Assembly: GCA_047971845.1 (NCBI GenBank)
Contig: JBKEAB010000169.1
Coordinates: 1,385 to 65,384 of the forward strand
Source: Paracoccus sp. (in: a-proteobacteria)
GTDB lineage: Bacteria; Pseudomonadota; Alphaproteobacteria; Rhodobacterales; Rhodobacteraceae
Reading direction: 5' to 3'
Length of the DNA stretch: 64,000 nucleotides
Shown: in pieces, positions 28,842-38,105 of the stretch
Layout: each line of letters starts with the position of its first letter
How positions within the stretch are numbered: position 1 is the stretch's first letter
Notes under the pieces: generated by a model
Database searches by the model: none
Seen by the model: the letters and a program-made list of their open reading frames with translations, nothing else
Told to the model about the DNA's origin: nothing
Translations under genes and position numbers: made by a program

Positions 28842-29960
28842 TTATCCCTCGATCCGATCTTCGCTTTCGGGGTCAAAGATGACGGCCTTATCCATGTTGA
28901 TCACGAAATCAAAGGGCTTCCCGGCATGAACATCGACATCGGCCCGCATCCGCGCCACGCAGGCCTTTCCGGAAAGCTGTGTATCGACAAATGTATCCGA
29001 TCCGGCCGGTTCCGTTACACTGACCATATTGTGCAGAGGCTGGGTATTTCTGGCATTGCGATCCACCCCGTCAGGGTCGGTAATCGCTTCGGGCCGGATA
29101 CCCAGAACGATATCACATCCCAGATAACCACGCAGGGCCATCCCATCCTGCGACAGGCGCAACAATACCGGCTGCTCTTCTGCATTCTGCAGTTCAGCGG
29201 CCAGCCCACCTTCGGCTTCACGCAAGATAGCAGGCAGGAGATTCATCGAAGGGCTGCCCATAAATCCCGCCACAAACATATTTGCAGGCATGTCATACAC
29301 CTCTTTCGGAGTACCGAGTTGCTGAACATAGCCCTTGTTCATCACTGCAATCCGGGTCGATAGCGTCATTGCCTCGATCTGGTCATGAGTGACATAGACA
29401 ATGGTACTTTTCAGACGGTGATGCAGCTTCTTGATCTCGGTCCGCATGTCGACGCGCAATTTCGCATCCAGGTTGGACAATGGTTCATCAAACAGGAACA
29501 CATCCGGATCACGCACCAGGGCCCGACCCATGGCGACCCGTTGACGCTGACCACCGGAAAGCTGGCCTGGCTTGCGATCAAGCAGGTGGTCAATCTGCAA
29601 CAGCTTCGCAACCTCGCCCAGTTTCCTTTCACGTTCGGGTTTTGGAATACCGTGCATTTCCATGCCAAAGGTAATGTTCCCGCCCACGGTCATATTCGGA
29701 TAAAGCGCATAGCTCTGGAAAACCATTGCGATGTTGCGCCTGGACGGGTGTACATCATTGACCACCTGCTCCTTGATCGAGATTGTCCCGCTGGTAATCC
29801 CCTCAAGTCCGGCAATCATGTTCAGCAGGGTCGATTTTCCACATCCCGAAGGGCCAACAAGGACCAGGAATTCACCCTCTTCCACGCCGATATCGACGCG
29901 ATGCAGCACCTCGACAGCGCCATAGGACTTGGTGACGTTTTCGATATCAAGAAACGGCAT
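28842..29960 (-). CDS. Carbohydrate ABC transporter ATP-binding protein (MalK-like)
   Basis: GPSGCGKS, FQSYALYP, LSGGQRQR, DEPLSNLD, VTHDQ. Confidence 0.96.
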   Translation of the reverse strand: MPFLDIENVTKSYGAVEVLHRVDIGVEEGEFLVLVGPSGCGKSTLLNMIAGLEGITSGTISIKEQVVNDVHPSRRNIAMVFQSYALYPNMTVGGNITFGMEMHGIPKPERERKLGEVAKLLQIDHLLDRKPGQLSGGQRQRVAMGRALVRDPDVFLFDEPLSNLDAKLRVDMRTEIKKLHHRLKSTIVYVTHDQIEAMTLSTRIAVMNKGYVQQLGTPKEVYDMPANMFVAGFMGSPSMNLLPAILREAEGGLAAELQNAEEQPVLLRLSQDGMALRGYLGCDIVLGIRPEAITDPDGVDRNARNTQPLHNMVSVTEPAGSDTFVDTQLSGKACVARMRADVDVHAGKPFDFVINMDKAVIFDPESEDRIEG

Positions 29961-29964
29961 CGCG

Positions 29965-30846
29965 TTATCCTTTCACAGAACCGGCCATCAGCCCGCGCAC
30001 AAAGTAACGGCCCGCCACGATGTAGACGAACAGTGTCGGCAAAGCAGCGAGGATCGCACCGGCAAAATGTACGTTATATTCCTTGACCCCGGTGGAACTG
30101 CTGACAAGGTTGTTCAGCGCCACCGTCATTGGGGTAGAATCCGGATCGGAAAACGAAGCCCCGAATAGGAAGTCATTCCAGATATTGGTGAACTGCCAGA
30201 TGATGCAGACCACGGCAATTGGGCCAGATACCGGCAGCATGATGCGCCAGAAGATACGGAAAAAACCGGCCCCGTCCATCATGGCCGCCCGGACAAGCTC
30301 TGTCGGAAAGGCGGCGTAATAGTTACGGAAATACAGCGTCGAAAAGCCGATCCCATAAACGACATGGACCAGTATCAACCCTGTTGTTGTCCCGGAAAGT
30401 CCGATCATGCCAAGCACCCGTGCCATCGGAATGAGCACGATCTGGAATGGAATGAAGCAGGAAAACAGCATCAGTCCGAAGATGATACTATCCCCCCGGA
30501 ACCGCCATTTGGTCAGGATATAACCGTTCAGCGCCCCAAGCACGGTCGAGATGGCAACCGCAGGCACGACCATCAGGATCGAATTCATGAAATAGGGCTT
30601 CAGCCCCGTTGCCTCGACCCCGATCTGTGCGGTTGACCACGCAGAGGCCCATGGCGCAAGTGTCGGCTCCTGCGGCAATGCCATCATGTTTCCACCGGTG
30701 ATTTCCGACAGCGGTTTGACCGAATTGATCATCATGATGAAGAAAGGCAACAGATAGAACAGTGCAAGGAAGATCAGCACCACATAGATGAAAGTCCGGG
30801 TGACACGGTTTGTACGGACCGTCTGGTCCTGGGCTCCCATCGACAT
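29965..30846 (-). CDS. Carbohydrate ABC transporter permease
   Basis: EAA-like motif ELVRAAMMDGA; WNDFLFG. Confidence 0.94.
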   Translation of the reverse strand: MSMGAQDQTVRTNRVTRTFIYVVLIFLALFYLLPFFIMMINSVKPLSEITGGNMMALPQEPTLAPWASAWSTAQIGVEATGLKPYFMNSILMVVPAVAISTVLGALNGYILTKWRFRGDSIIFGLMLFSCFIPFQIVLIPMARVLGMIGLSGTTTGLILVHVVYGIGFSTLYFRNYYAAFPTELVRAAMMDGAGFFRIFWRIMLPVSGPIAVVCIIWQFTNIWNDFLFGASFSDPDSTPMTVALNNLVSSSTGVKEYNVHFAGAILAALPTLFVYIVAGRYFVRGLMAGSVKG

Positions 30847-31745
30847 CACGTCTGCTCCTTCAGTTCAGCATAGATATAGGGAACCATGACGGCTGCCACG
30901 CCCATCAGCATGATGACGGCCGATGCTGCACCCACACCCATCTGGTTGCGGGTGAAGGTATAGGAATACATGAAGGTCGCAGGCAGTTCGGTTGCCCTTC
31001 CAGGGCCGCCCCCGGTCAGTGCGATGACCAGATCATAGGACTTGATTGCAAGGTGGGCGAGGATCACGAAAGCCGACAGAAAAGCCGGACGCAACAGTGG
31101 GATCACGATGCGACGATACAGGTTCCAGTTTGATGCACCGTCGATCTGGGCAGCCTTCAGCATTTCATTGTCGATACCGCGCAGCCCTGCCAGAAACATC
31201 GCCATGACAAAACCCGAAGACTGCCAGACGGCTGCAATGACCAGCGTATAGATCGCCATGTTGCGATTCTTAATCCAGCCGAACCTGAAGCTTTCCCAGC
31301 CCCAGAGCTGCATGGTGTGCTCCAGTCCGATACCGGGATCCAGAAGCCACTTCCATGCCGTCCCGGTCACGATAAAGGAAAGGGCCATGGGATAAAGGTA
31401 AACCGGACGCAGGACCCCTTCGCCCCTGATCTTCTGGTCCAGAAAGATTGCCAGCACAAGCCCGATCACAATACAGATGACGATGTACAGGCTGGCAAAG
31501 ATTGCCAGATTGATCAGGGCTGTTGTCCACGCTGACAGGCCAAACAGCCGGGCGTAGTTGTCAAAGCCGATCAGATCATAGCTGGGCAGCATTTTGCTGC
31601 CCGTGAATGACAGGAAGACCGTATAGACGATAAAGCCATAGACAAAGATCAGCATTGCTGCGAGTGACGGTGACAATACCAGCTTGGGCAGCCAGTTCTG
31701 CAAGGTTGTGCGCAGGTCCTGTGCCACACGTTCAGACCGGGCCAT
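30846..31745 (-). CDS. Carbohydrate ABC transporter permease
   Basis: FLAGLRGID..MLKAAQIDGA; LTGGGPG. Confidence 0.94.
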   Translation of the reverse strand: MARSERVAQDLRTTLQNWLPKLVLSPSLAAMLIFVYGFIVYTVFLSFTGSKMLPSYDLIGFDNYARLFGLSAWTTALINLAIFASLYIVICIVIGLVLAIFLDQKIRGEGVLRPVYLYPMALSFIVTGTAWKWLLDPGIGLEHTMQLWGWESFRFGWIKNRNMAIYTLVIAAVWQSSGFVMAMFLAGLRGIDNEMLKAAQIDGASNWNLYRRIVIPLLRPAFLSAFVILAHLAIKSYDLVIALTGGGPGRATELPATFMYSYTFTRNQMGVGAASAVIMLMGVAAVMVPYIYAELKEQT

Positions 31746-31770
31746 GGTACCTCCCTCCCATGAATGTCGG

Positions 31771-31830
31771 ATACGCGGCTCCCTTCCGCGTATGGCAGCG
31801 GCGATCTGACAGGTCAGGACCGCCGCTGCC
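31771..31830 (-). other. Tandem intergenic stem-loops between SBP and permease genes
   Basis: ATACGCGG/CCGCGTAT (31771-31793) and GGCAGCGGCG/CGCCGCTGCC (31794-31830). Confidence 0.7.
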
Positions 31831-31840
31831 GGGGATATTC

Positions 31841-33097
31841 TTACATTGCCGATTCAACTGCGTTGAGCATTTCTTCAGCAGCCTGGGCACTGTCATATTC
31901 ACCGTTGAAATGCGCTGTGATAATATCATACATCGCATTCTTCACGGCTGCCGGATTGGCGTGACCATGACCCATCGACCCCAGCAACGTGCCTGCCTCG
32001 GCTGCCGCAGCAAGGTCTTTCATGCCTTGCTTGCCACAATCATCAAACCCTTCAGGGGATACGTCTGTCCGCGCAGGAACAGAGCCTTTGACGATGTTGA
32101 AAGCTGACTGGAAATCCGGTGATTCAACCGATTTTGCCATTTCCAGCTGTGCGGCCTGTGCTTCTGCAGCCTCCTGTCTGAACATGACAAACTGGTCAGA
32201 ATTGAAGGTCACGACACCTTCAGTGCCGGGAACCCGGAAGCACAGGAAGTCGGTGCCGGGAACCTTGTCCGCACGCAGGAACTCGCCCTTGGCCCAGTCT
32301 CCCATGATCTGGAAGGCAGCTTCATCATTGATGACCATGGCTGATGCCAAATTCCAGTCACGGCCCGAAAAATTATCATCCACGAAGCCGCGCAACTGGG
32401 CCATCTTGTCGAAGGCAGCAACCATCTCGGGGGAGTTCAGCGCCTCGGGATTAAGGTCGATCATCGATTTCTGATAAAATTCCGGTCCACCCGAAGCCAG
32501 TACGGCACTGTCAAAGATTGTCGCCTCCTGCCAGGGCTGACCGCCATGGGCAAGCGCAACCTTTCCCGAATCCTTCACCTTCTGAAGGGCTGCAATAAAT
32601 TCATCCCAGTTGGCCGGCTGGGCAATGCCAAGCTCATCCAGGATCTTCTTGTTGGCCCAGACCCAGTTGGTCGAATGAACATTCACCGGGGCCGCAATCC
32701 AGTTGCCATCAGGCTTCGAGAATTTCTGGATAGCTGCGGGAATGACGGCATCCCAGTTTTCAGCAATGGCAGCTTCGTTCAGATCAGCCAGAACGTCTCC
32801 CTGCTCTGCCCAGTCAAGAATGTCGAAGCCAAGCATCTGCACCGCAGTCGGTGGATTTCCGGCCGTAACACGGGCACGAAGCGCAGTCATGGCGGCCTCA
32901 CCGCCGCCACCGGCGACCGGCATATCCTGCCAGCCGATTCCCTTTCCAGCCAGATCTTCCTTCAGTACATTCAGCGCGGCAGCTTCGCCACCAGCTGTCC
33001 ACCAGTGCAGGACTTCAACATCCTCAGCCTGTGCTGCCCCAGCCATCAGACTGATTGCCATTGCAGCACTGGTTGCCAGTTTCAGTTTCAAACGCAT
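31841..33097 (-). CDS. Sugar ABC transporter substrate-binding protein (GtsA-like hexose-binding family)
   Basis: Signal peptide; [31 protein letters not shown]. Confidence 0.92.
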   Translation of the reverse strand: MRLKLKLATSAAMAISLMAGAAQAEDVEVLHWWTAGGEAAALNVLKEDLAGKGIGWQDMPVAGGGGEAAMTALRARVTAGNPPTAVQMLGFDILDWAEQGDVLADLNEAAIAENWDAVIPAAIQKFSKPDGNWIAAPVNVHSTNWVWANKKILDELGIAQPANWDEFIAALQKVKDSGKVALAHGGQPWQEATIFDSAVLASGGPEFYQKSMIDLNPEALNSPEMVAAFDKMAQLRGFVDDNFSGRDWNLASAMVINDEAAFQIMGDWAKGEFLRADKVPGTDFLCFRVPGTEGVVTFNSDQFVMFRQEAAEAQAAQLEMAKSVESPDFQSAFNIVKGSVPARTDVSPEGFDDCGKQGMKDLAAAAEAGTLLGSMGHGHANPAAVKNAMYDIITAHFNGEYDSAQAAEEMLNAVESAM

Positions 33098-33139
33098 GGT
33101 TTCCTCCCCTTTCGCGCTTTGATTCTGACGGTTGTTCCA

Positions 33140-34663
33140 TCAGTTGTGGTTCACCCAGAATGCCCGTCCACGCGCGACGCGCAACTGCACAGTTTTAATT
33201 TCAAGATATTCTTCCAGACCATACCGACCCAGTTCACGTCCCTGCCCGCTTTCCCTGACCCCGCCAAAGGGCATTTCGGCAAAGCCATCCATCCAGGTAT
33301 TGGTCCAGACCGTACCGGCCTGTACCTTGCGGGAAAAATTGAGACATGTGTGGATATCACGACTCCAGACCCCGGCGGACAGCCCATAGGCCGCATCATT
33401 GGCCAGCAACAGCGCCTCATCCTCATCCGTGAAGGTCAGAACTGACAGGACAGGTCCAAAAACCTCTTCACGGGCAATTGCCATATCGGGTGTTACACCA
33501 GACACCACGGTCGGCCCGTAAAAGTGGCCCTCCAGCCCCGGTACTGACAGAGCGATCCCGCCCATATCAACCCGTGCCCCTGCCTTGGCTGCATCTTTCA
33601 CATAACCATCAATCTTTTGCTGGTGCTCTTCGGAAATAATCGCACCAACCTGGGTACGGTCATCCAGCGGATCGCCAAAAGGAACTTTTGTCGACAATAC
33701 CCTGACCTTTTCCAGAAGAGCTCCGGAAATATCTTCATGAACAATGATCCGGCTGCCGGAATTACAGCATTCTCCGGCGTTAAAATAGACGCCGAAGACA
33801 ATGGCATCGGCCGCCGCATCCAGATCTGCATCAGGAAAGATCACCTGCGGATTCTTGCCTCCAAGCTCCAGAGAAACCTTCTTCAGCGTTCCCGCAGCCG
33901 CCGCAACAATGCGTTTCCCGACACCGGTTGACCCAGTAAAACTGACCATATCCACATCCGGATGTATGGACATGATTTCTCCGACCGGATCACCATAACC
34001 CAGCACAATATTGACGACACCGGCAGGCAGCCCCGCCTCGACCAGCAATTCACCCAGGATCACCGTGGTCGAAGGTGTCATTTCCGATGGTTTTACCACC
34101 GCCGTACAACCCGCCGCCAGGGCAAAGGGCAACTTCTGACTGACAATCAGGAAGGGAAAGTTCCATGGCGTGATAATCGCGGCAACCCCGACAGGTTCCT
34201 TCAGCACCACGCCCAACATGTCAGGACCAAGATTGTTATGACTTTCCCCATGCACTGTCCGGGCCAATGACGCCGCATAGCGCCAGAGATCAGCAGCACC
34301 TGCAATCTCTCCCCGTGCCTGCGTGATCGGCTTTCCGGATTCCAGCACCTCGATCAACGCAATATGTTCCCGTTCACGGTCGATGAGGTCAGCTACCCGG
34401 TTCAGGACCGCAGCACGTTCTCTGGCCGGCATCTGCCGCCACGATCCTTCATCAAAAGCTGTCCGTGCTGCAGTAATGGCTGCGTTGGCCTCAGGCGCTC
34501 CACCCATCGCGGAACGGCTGACCTCAACCGCATGTGAGGGGGAAATACGCCCGAAGGTTGCACCACCTTCGCTGTCATTCCACGCTCCATCAATCAGATG
34601 GCGATTAATCCGGGGGGGCGGAAGGCTGGCATTACTGGCGGCAATAACGGTGATTTCTGTCAT
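33140..34663 (-). CDS. NAD(P)-dependent aldehyde dehydrogenase (L-sorbosone dehydrogenase-like)
   Basis: ITPWNFP, KPSE, FTGST, LELGGK, NAGECC, EEVFGPV. Start trimmed to 34663. Confidence 0.93.
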   Translation of the reverse strand: MTEITVIAASNASLPPPRINRHLIDGAWNDSEGGATFGRISPSHAVEVSRSAMGGAPEANAAITAARTAFDEGSWRQMPARERAAVLNRVADLIDREREHIALIEVLESGKPITQARGEIAGAADLWRYAASLARTVHGESHNNLGPDMLGVVLKEPVGVAAIITPWNFPFLIVSQKLPFALAAGCTAVVKPSEMTPSTTVILGELLVEAGLPAGVVNIVLGYGDPVGEIMSIHPDVDMVSFTGSTGVGKRIVAAAAGTLKKVSLELGGKNPQVIFPDADLDAAADAIVFGVYFNAGECCNSGSRIIVHEDISGALLEKVRVLSTKVPFGDPLDDRTQVGAIISEEHQQKIDGYVKDAAKAGARVDMGGIALSVPGLEGHFYGPTVVSGVTPDMAIAREEVFGPVLSVLTFTDEDEALLLANDAAYGLSAGVWSRDIHTCLNFSRKVQAGTVWTNTWMDGFAEMPFGGVRESGQGRELGRYGLEEYLEIKTVQLRVARGRAFWVNHN

Positions 34664-34664
34664 A

Positions 34665-35435
34665 TCATGTCCCCGGAAAGGCGGGTTTACGTTTTTCGGT
34701 AAAGGCGGCAACACCTTCGGCCTTGTCGTCGGAGGCAGCGATCATTCCACTGCCAAGCGCTTCGATCATGGCGGCTGAATCTTCGCCCATGCCGGCATGA
34801 ATCATGTATTTGGCAACTTCTGTCGCACGCGGGGACCTGTCCTTCAGCTTTGCCGCAATCCCCTGAGCCGTTGCCATCGGATCGTCTGACACTTCAGCAG
34901 CAAGTCCCAGGAACAGGGCCCGGTCTGATCCGACACGACGCCCGAAAACCGCCATTTCCTTCAGAACCGGTTCCGGTATCAGCCGCGCCAGACGCTGCGT
35001 ACCCGACCAGCCCGGCACAATGCCGACCTGCGCTTCCGGCAGAGCCAGCGTTGCGGCAGGCGCCATCACACGGATATCGCAACATGCTGCCAGTTCCAGC
35101 CCGCCACCAAAGGCATGGGCATGAATAACCCCGATAGTCGGCTTGGACAGCCGCGCCAGACGATCAAATATCCGGTGGCCCTCCCGCACCCAGTACCGGG
35201 CGAAATCAAACGGTGAAAGCGGTGCCCACGCCTTGATATCTGCACCAGCGCAAAATGCACGGTTCCCGGTGCCGGCAAGGATAACGCACCGCACCCCCAT
35301 ATCCCGTTCCAGCGCCGCACAATGGGTATCCAGCTGTACCAGCATATCCGGCGTAAAGGCATTCAGCCGCGCCGGATTGTTCAGCATCAGGATTGCAACA
35401 CCATCAGTTATGCTCAGATCAACCGTACCGGTCAC
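34665..35435 (-). CDS. Enoyl-CoA hydratase/isomerase
   Basis: AFCAGADI, GGGLEL and LPEAQVG, so both crotonase catalytic Glu residues are present. Confidence 0.9.
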   Translation of the reverse strand: MTGTVDLSITDGVAILMLNNPARLNAFTPDMLVQLDTHCAALERDMGVRCVILAGTGNRAFCAGADIKAWAPLSPFDFARYWVREGHRIFDRLARLSKPTIGVIHAHAFGGGLELAACCDIRVMAPAATLALPEAQVGIVPGWSGTQRLARLIPEPVLKEMAVFGRRVGSDRALFLGLAAEVSDDPMATAQGIAAKLKDRSPRATEVAKYMIHAGMGEDSAAMIEALGSGMIAASDDKAEGVAAFTEKRKPAFPGT

Positions 35436-37003
35436 AGATCCAGCTCCATCGTTGTTCTTGCCAGCAGATTGGCGGGCATCAATGTCGCATTTTCCGCCAC
35501 CCTGACCCGCCCCTGAGAAGCTTGGACGATATCCCGGTCAGCCTTGATCCCCGGCATGATCTCAGTCGCGATCAACCCATCTTGTGTCAGCCGGATTACG
35601 CAGCGTTCGGTGACATAGAGCACCTTTTGCCCGCGTTCGACCGCACGCTTGCCGGAAAAGGTGACATGTTCCACGGCATCAACCATCTTGGTAAACTTGC
35701 CGGGAGAACGGACATGCAGACCGTCTTCTGTCAGGTCCAGGCTGGCCCCCGCCTCGAAAAAGCCGGAAAAGACGATTTCGGGGGCATTGGCGGTAATATC
35801 GACAAATCCGCCGCAACCCGCTGTCAGATATGGTTTCTTGCCAAGTTTGGAGACATTTACATTTCCTTCCATATCAACCTCCAGGAAGGACAGGAAAGAC
35901 ACGTCAAACCCACCCCCCTGAAAATAGGTGAATTGCTGCGGCGAGGGAACGAAGGCATCCGCATTTGACGCACAGCCAAAGGCAAAGCCGGTCAGGGGCA
36001 TCCCCCCGACACCGCCTTGTTCGATCGCCCATGTCACTGCCTCCGGGTGACCGGCTTCCAGCAGGATACGCGGAACCATGGCACTTATCCCGAAACCCAG
36101 ATTGGCGGTCTGTCCGCAACGCAGTTCCATCGCGGCACGGCGAGCAATGATCTTTTCAACCCCATATTCGGCGAATGCAAAACTTTCCCAAGGCCGCATT
36201 ACCTGCCCCGAGATTGCAGGATCATAGTCGGTTTCCGTGGTCTGACGCTGATCCTCAGCCACCACGATCAGACCAACCAAATGCCCCGGCACATGAACAT
36301 CATGAGGCCGCAGCGACCCGCGCCGGGTAACACGCTTGACCTGCGCGATAACCAGACCACCATGGTTACGTGTGGTAATTGCCTGTTCCAGTCCGCCCAG
36401 GTAAGCCCCTTCATGTTCATAAGTCAGGTTGCCGTGCTCATCCGCCGTCGTGGCACGGATGATGGCAACATCCGGAATGATGTTCGGGAAATGCAGCCAT
36501 GTCTCACCATCAAATTCCCGGCGATAAACAATGGGTCGCCCAGCGGCGCGTTTATTCATCGCACAACCGTCACGGACCGGATCAACAAAGGTTTCAAGCC
36601 CGACCTGTGTCAGGACGCCCGGACGTCGCGCTCCGGCATCACGGTTCATGTCGAACATGATCCCTGAAGGAACGTTATAGGCTGCCACCCGGTTTTCCAC
36701 GATCATCCGCCAGATTTCCGGCATTGGCAGGGATGATGATCCGGACGGGTATGATCCAGCAACAATGGTTGAGAGCAGCCCGTCTTTCGCAATATGGTCG
36801 ACACCCTTGACACCATACATGTCCCCCGCCGCAATCGGATGCAGCGTGGTCAGGCTTCGCGGGTGGCCTTCGGTAGCAAAGCGTGCGCCAATCGCAGCCA
36901 GAATGCTGTCCGGACAGCCAAGCGCCGATGATGAGGATATCGTGACGACGGCTCTGTCAGAAATCCGTGCGGCAGCTTCGGCAGCCGAAACGACCTTGGA
37001 CAT
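35432..37003 (-). CDS. Acyl-CoA:acetate/3-ketoacid CoA transferase (fused family I, YdiF-like)
   Basis: GLETFVDP, IRATTADE.GN, NLGFGI, catalytic AIEQG, GNVNVS, GGFVDIT, YVTERCV. Confidence 0.9.
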   Translation of the reverse strand: MSKVVSAAEAAARISDRAVVTISSSSALGCPDSILAAIGARFATEGHPRSLTTLHPIAAGDMYGVKGVDHIAKDGLLSTIVAGSYPSGSSSLPMPEIWRMIVENRVAAYNVPSGIMFDMNRDAGARRPGVLTQVGLETFVDPVRDGCAMNKRAAGRPIVYRREFDGETWLHFPNIIPDVAIIRATTADEHGNLTYEHEGAYLGGLEQAITTRNHGGLVIAQVKRVTRRGSLRPHDVHVPGHLVGLIVVAEDQRQTTETDYDPAISGQVMRPWESFAFAEYGVEKIIARRAAMELRCGQTANLGFGISAMVPRILLEAGHPEAVTWAIEQGGVGGMPLTGFAFGCASNADAFVPSPQQFTYFQGGGFDVSFLSFLEVDMEGNVNVSKLGKKPYLTAGCGGFVDITANAPEIVFSGFFEAGASLDLTEDGLHVRSPGKFTKMVDAVEHVTFSGKRAVERGQKVLYVTERCVIRLTQDGLIATEIMPGIKADRDIVQASQGRVRVAENATLMPANLLARTTMELDL

Positions 37004-38001
37004 CAACGTTCTCCGTAATCCACGGCGACACACTGCCCGCCAGCAGCAGCCTTCGCCACCGCTAATGCCACCGCAAGCGAGGCAATCCCGTCACGACCAT
37101 CAGCCGCCGGATGCCCCTTACCGGCAACTGCCTGCCCGAAACAGCGTATCCCACGCTGGTACAGATCTTCAGATTCAAAACTGACCGGAGTAATTTCATC
37201 ACCACGGCGCAGCATGACCTCACCCACCGGATTCTGGGTCATGACATTACGCGCTATGATCGACCCGTCGGTACCATGGAATTCAAGCCCTGTTCCGGTA
37301 TGGGCATGCGTAAAGCTTTCATGGGTCTGGACCTGCACCCCCGATGGCATTGCCCAGACAGACATCACGCTGTCTTCAACTCCCTGCCCCATACCAGCAG
37401 CAACTGACATGGCCACGACCTCGGCCGGACTTTCATCAAGATGAAAGCGGATCGTGTCGGCATCATGGACAACAATATCCAGAATCACACCACCACCCGC
37501 ACCAGCATTGTCGATACGCCAGCCACGCAGGATCTGTGGCAAACTGACAGCATGAAAGATGCGTGCACTCAGCACCTGACCAATGGCACCCTGACGGATC
37601 AGATCCCGGATCGCACGATGGCTGCCCGCATTACGCAGATGATGATTGGTGGCAAAGACAATTCCGGCATCCTCTGCCGCACGCACCATTGTCACGGCAT
37701 CGGCAAGCGATGTGGTCAGCGGTTTCTCACACAGCACATGCTTGCCTGCCGCAATGGCTGTCATGGCCTGTGCAAAATGCTTTTCATTCGTCGACGAGAT
37801 ATAAACTGCATCCAGTCCCGGCTGTGTCAGCAATTTATCAAGACTGGTCGTTGCATGAGCGATATCATTCCTGTTCGCATATTCCGTAGCCCATGCCTGC
37901 CCGCCACTTTGCACCGAAATCACTTCATCGCCAACGCCCCGGAAGGCCGCAATCATTCTGCCAGAAGCTATGTCACTTGCCCCGATCAAGCCCCATTTCA
38001 T
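37003..38001 (-). CDS. afr: Gfo/Idh/MocA oxidoreductase, 1,5-anhydro-D-fructose reductase homologue
   Basis: WGLIGAS, HVLCEKPL, TNHHLRNA, FHAV.LP..L.GWR and GGGVILDI.VHDADT resemble, from recall, the Sinorhizobium AFR. Confidence 0.8.
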   Translation of the reverse strand: MKWGLIGASDIASGRMIAAFRGVGDEVISVQSGGQAWATEYANRNDIAHATTSLDKLLTQPGLDAVYISSTNEKHFAQAMTAIAAGKHVLCEKPLTTSLADAVTMVRAAEDAGIVFATNHHLRNAGSHRAIRDLIRQGAIGQVLSARIFHAVSLPQILRGWRIDNAGAGGGVILDIVVHDADTIRFHLDESPAEVVAMSVAAGMGQGVEDSVMSVWAMPSGVQVQTHESFTHAHTGTGLEFHGTDGSIIARNVMTQNPVGEVMLRRGDEITPVSFESEDLYQRGIRCFGQAVAGKGHPAADGRDGIASLAVALAVAKAAAGGQCVAVDYGER

Positions 38002-38026
38002 CGTCAGATCTTCCCTTAGGCATAAA

Positions 38027-38042
38027 TTTGGACCGTTCCAAA
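38027..38042. promoter_or_regulatory. LacI-type operator upstream of the sugar operon
   Basis: TTTGGACCGTTCCAAA is a 16-bp near-perfect palindrome with central CG, about 25 bp upstream of afr. A TTGACC -35-like hexamer lies at 38066-38071 on the minus strand. Confidence 0.7.
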
Positions 38043-38105
38043 CGATTAAAGGAACAGTCCGATTCGGTCAAGATACCTCCCCTCCCCGACCGCTGCGGTT
38101 CTGTC

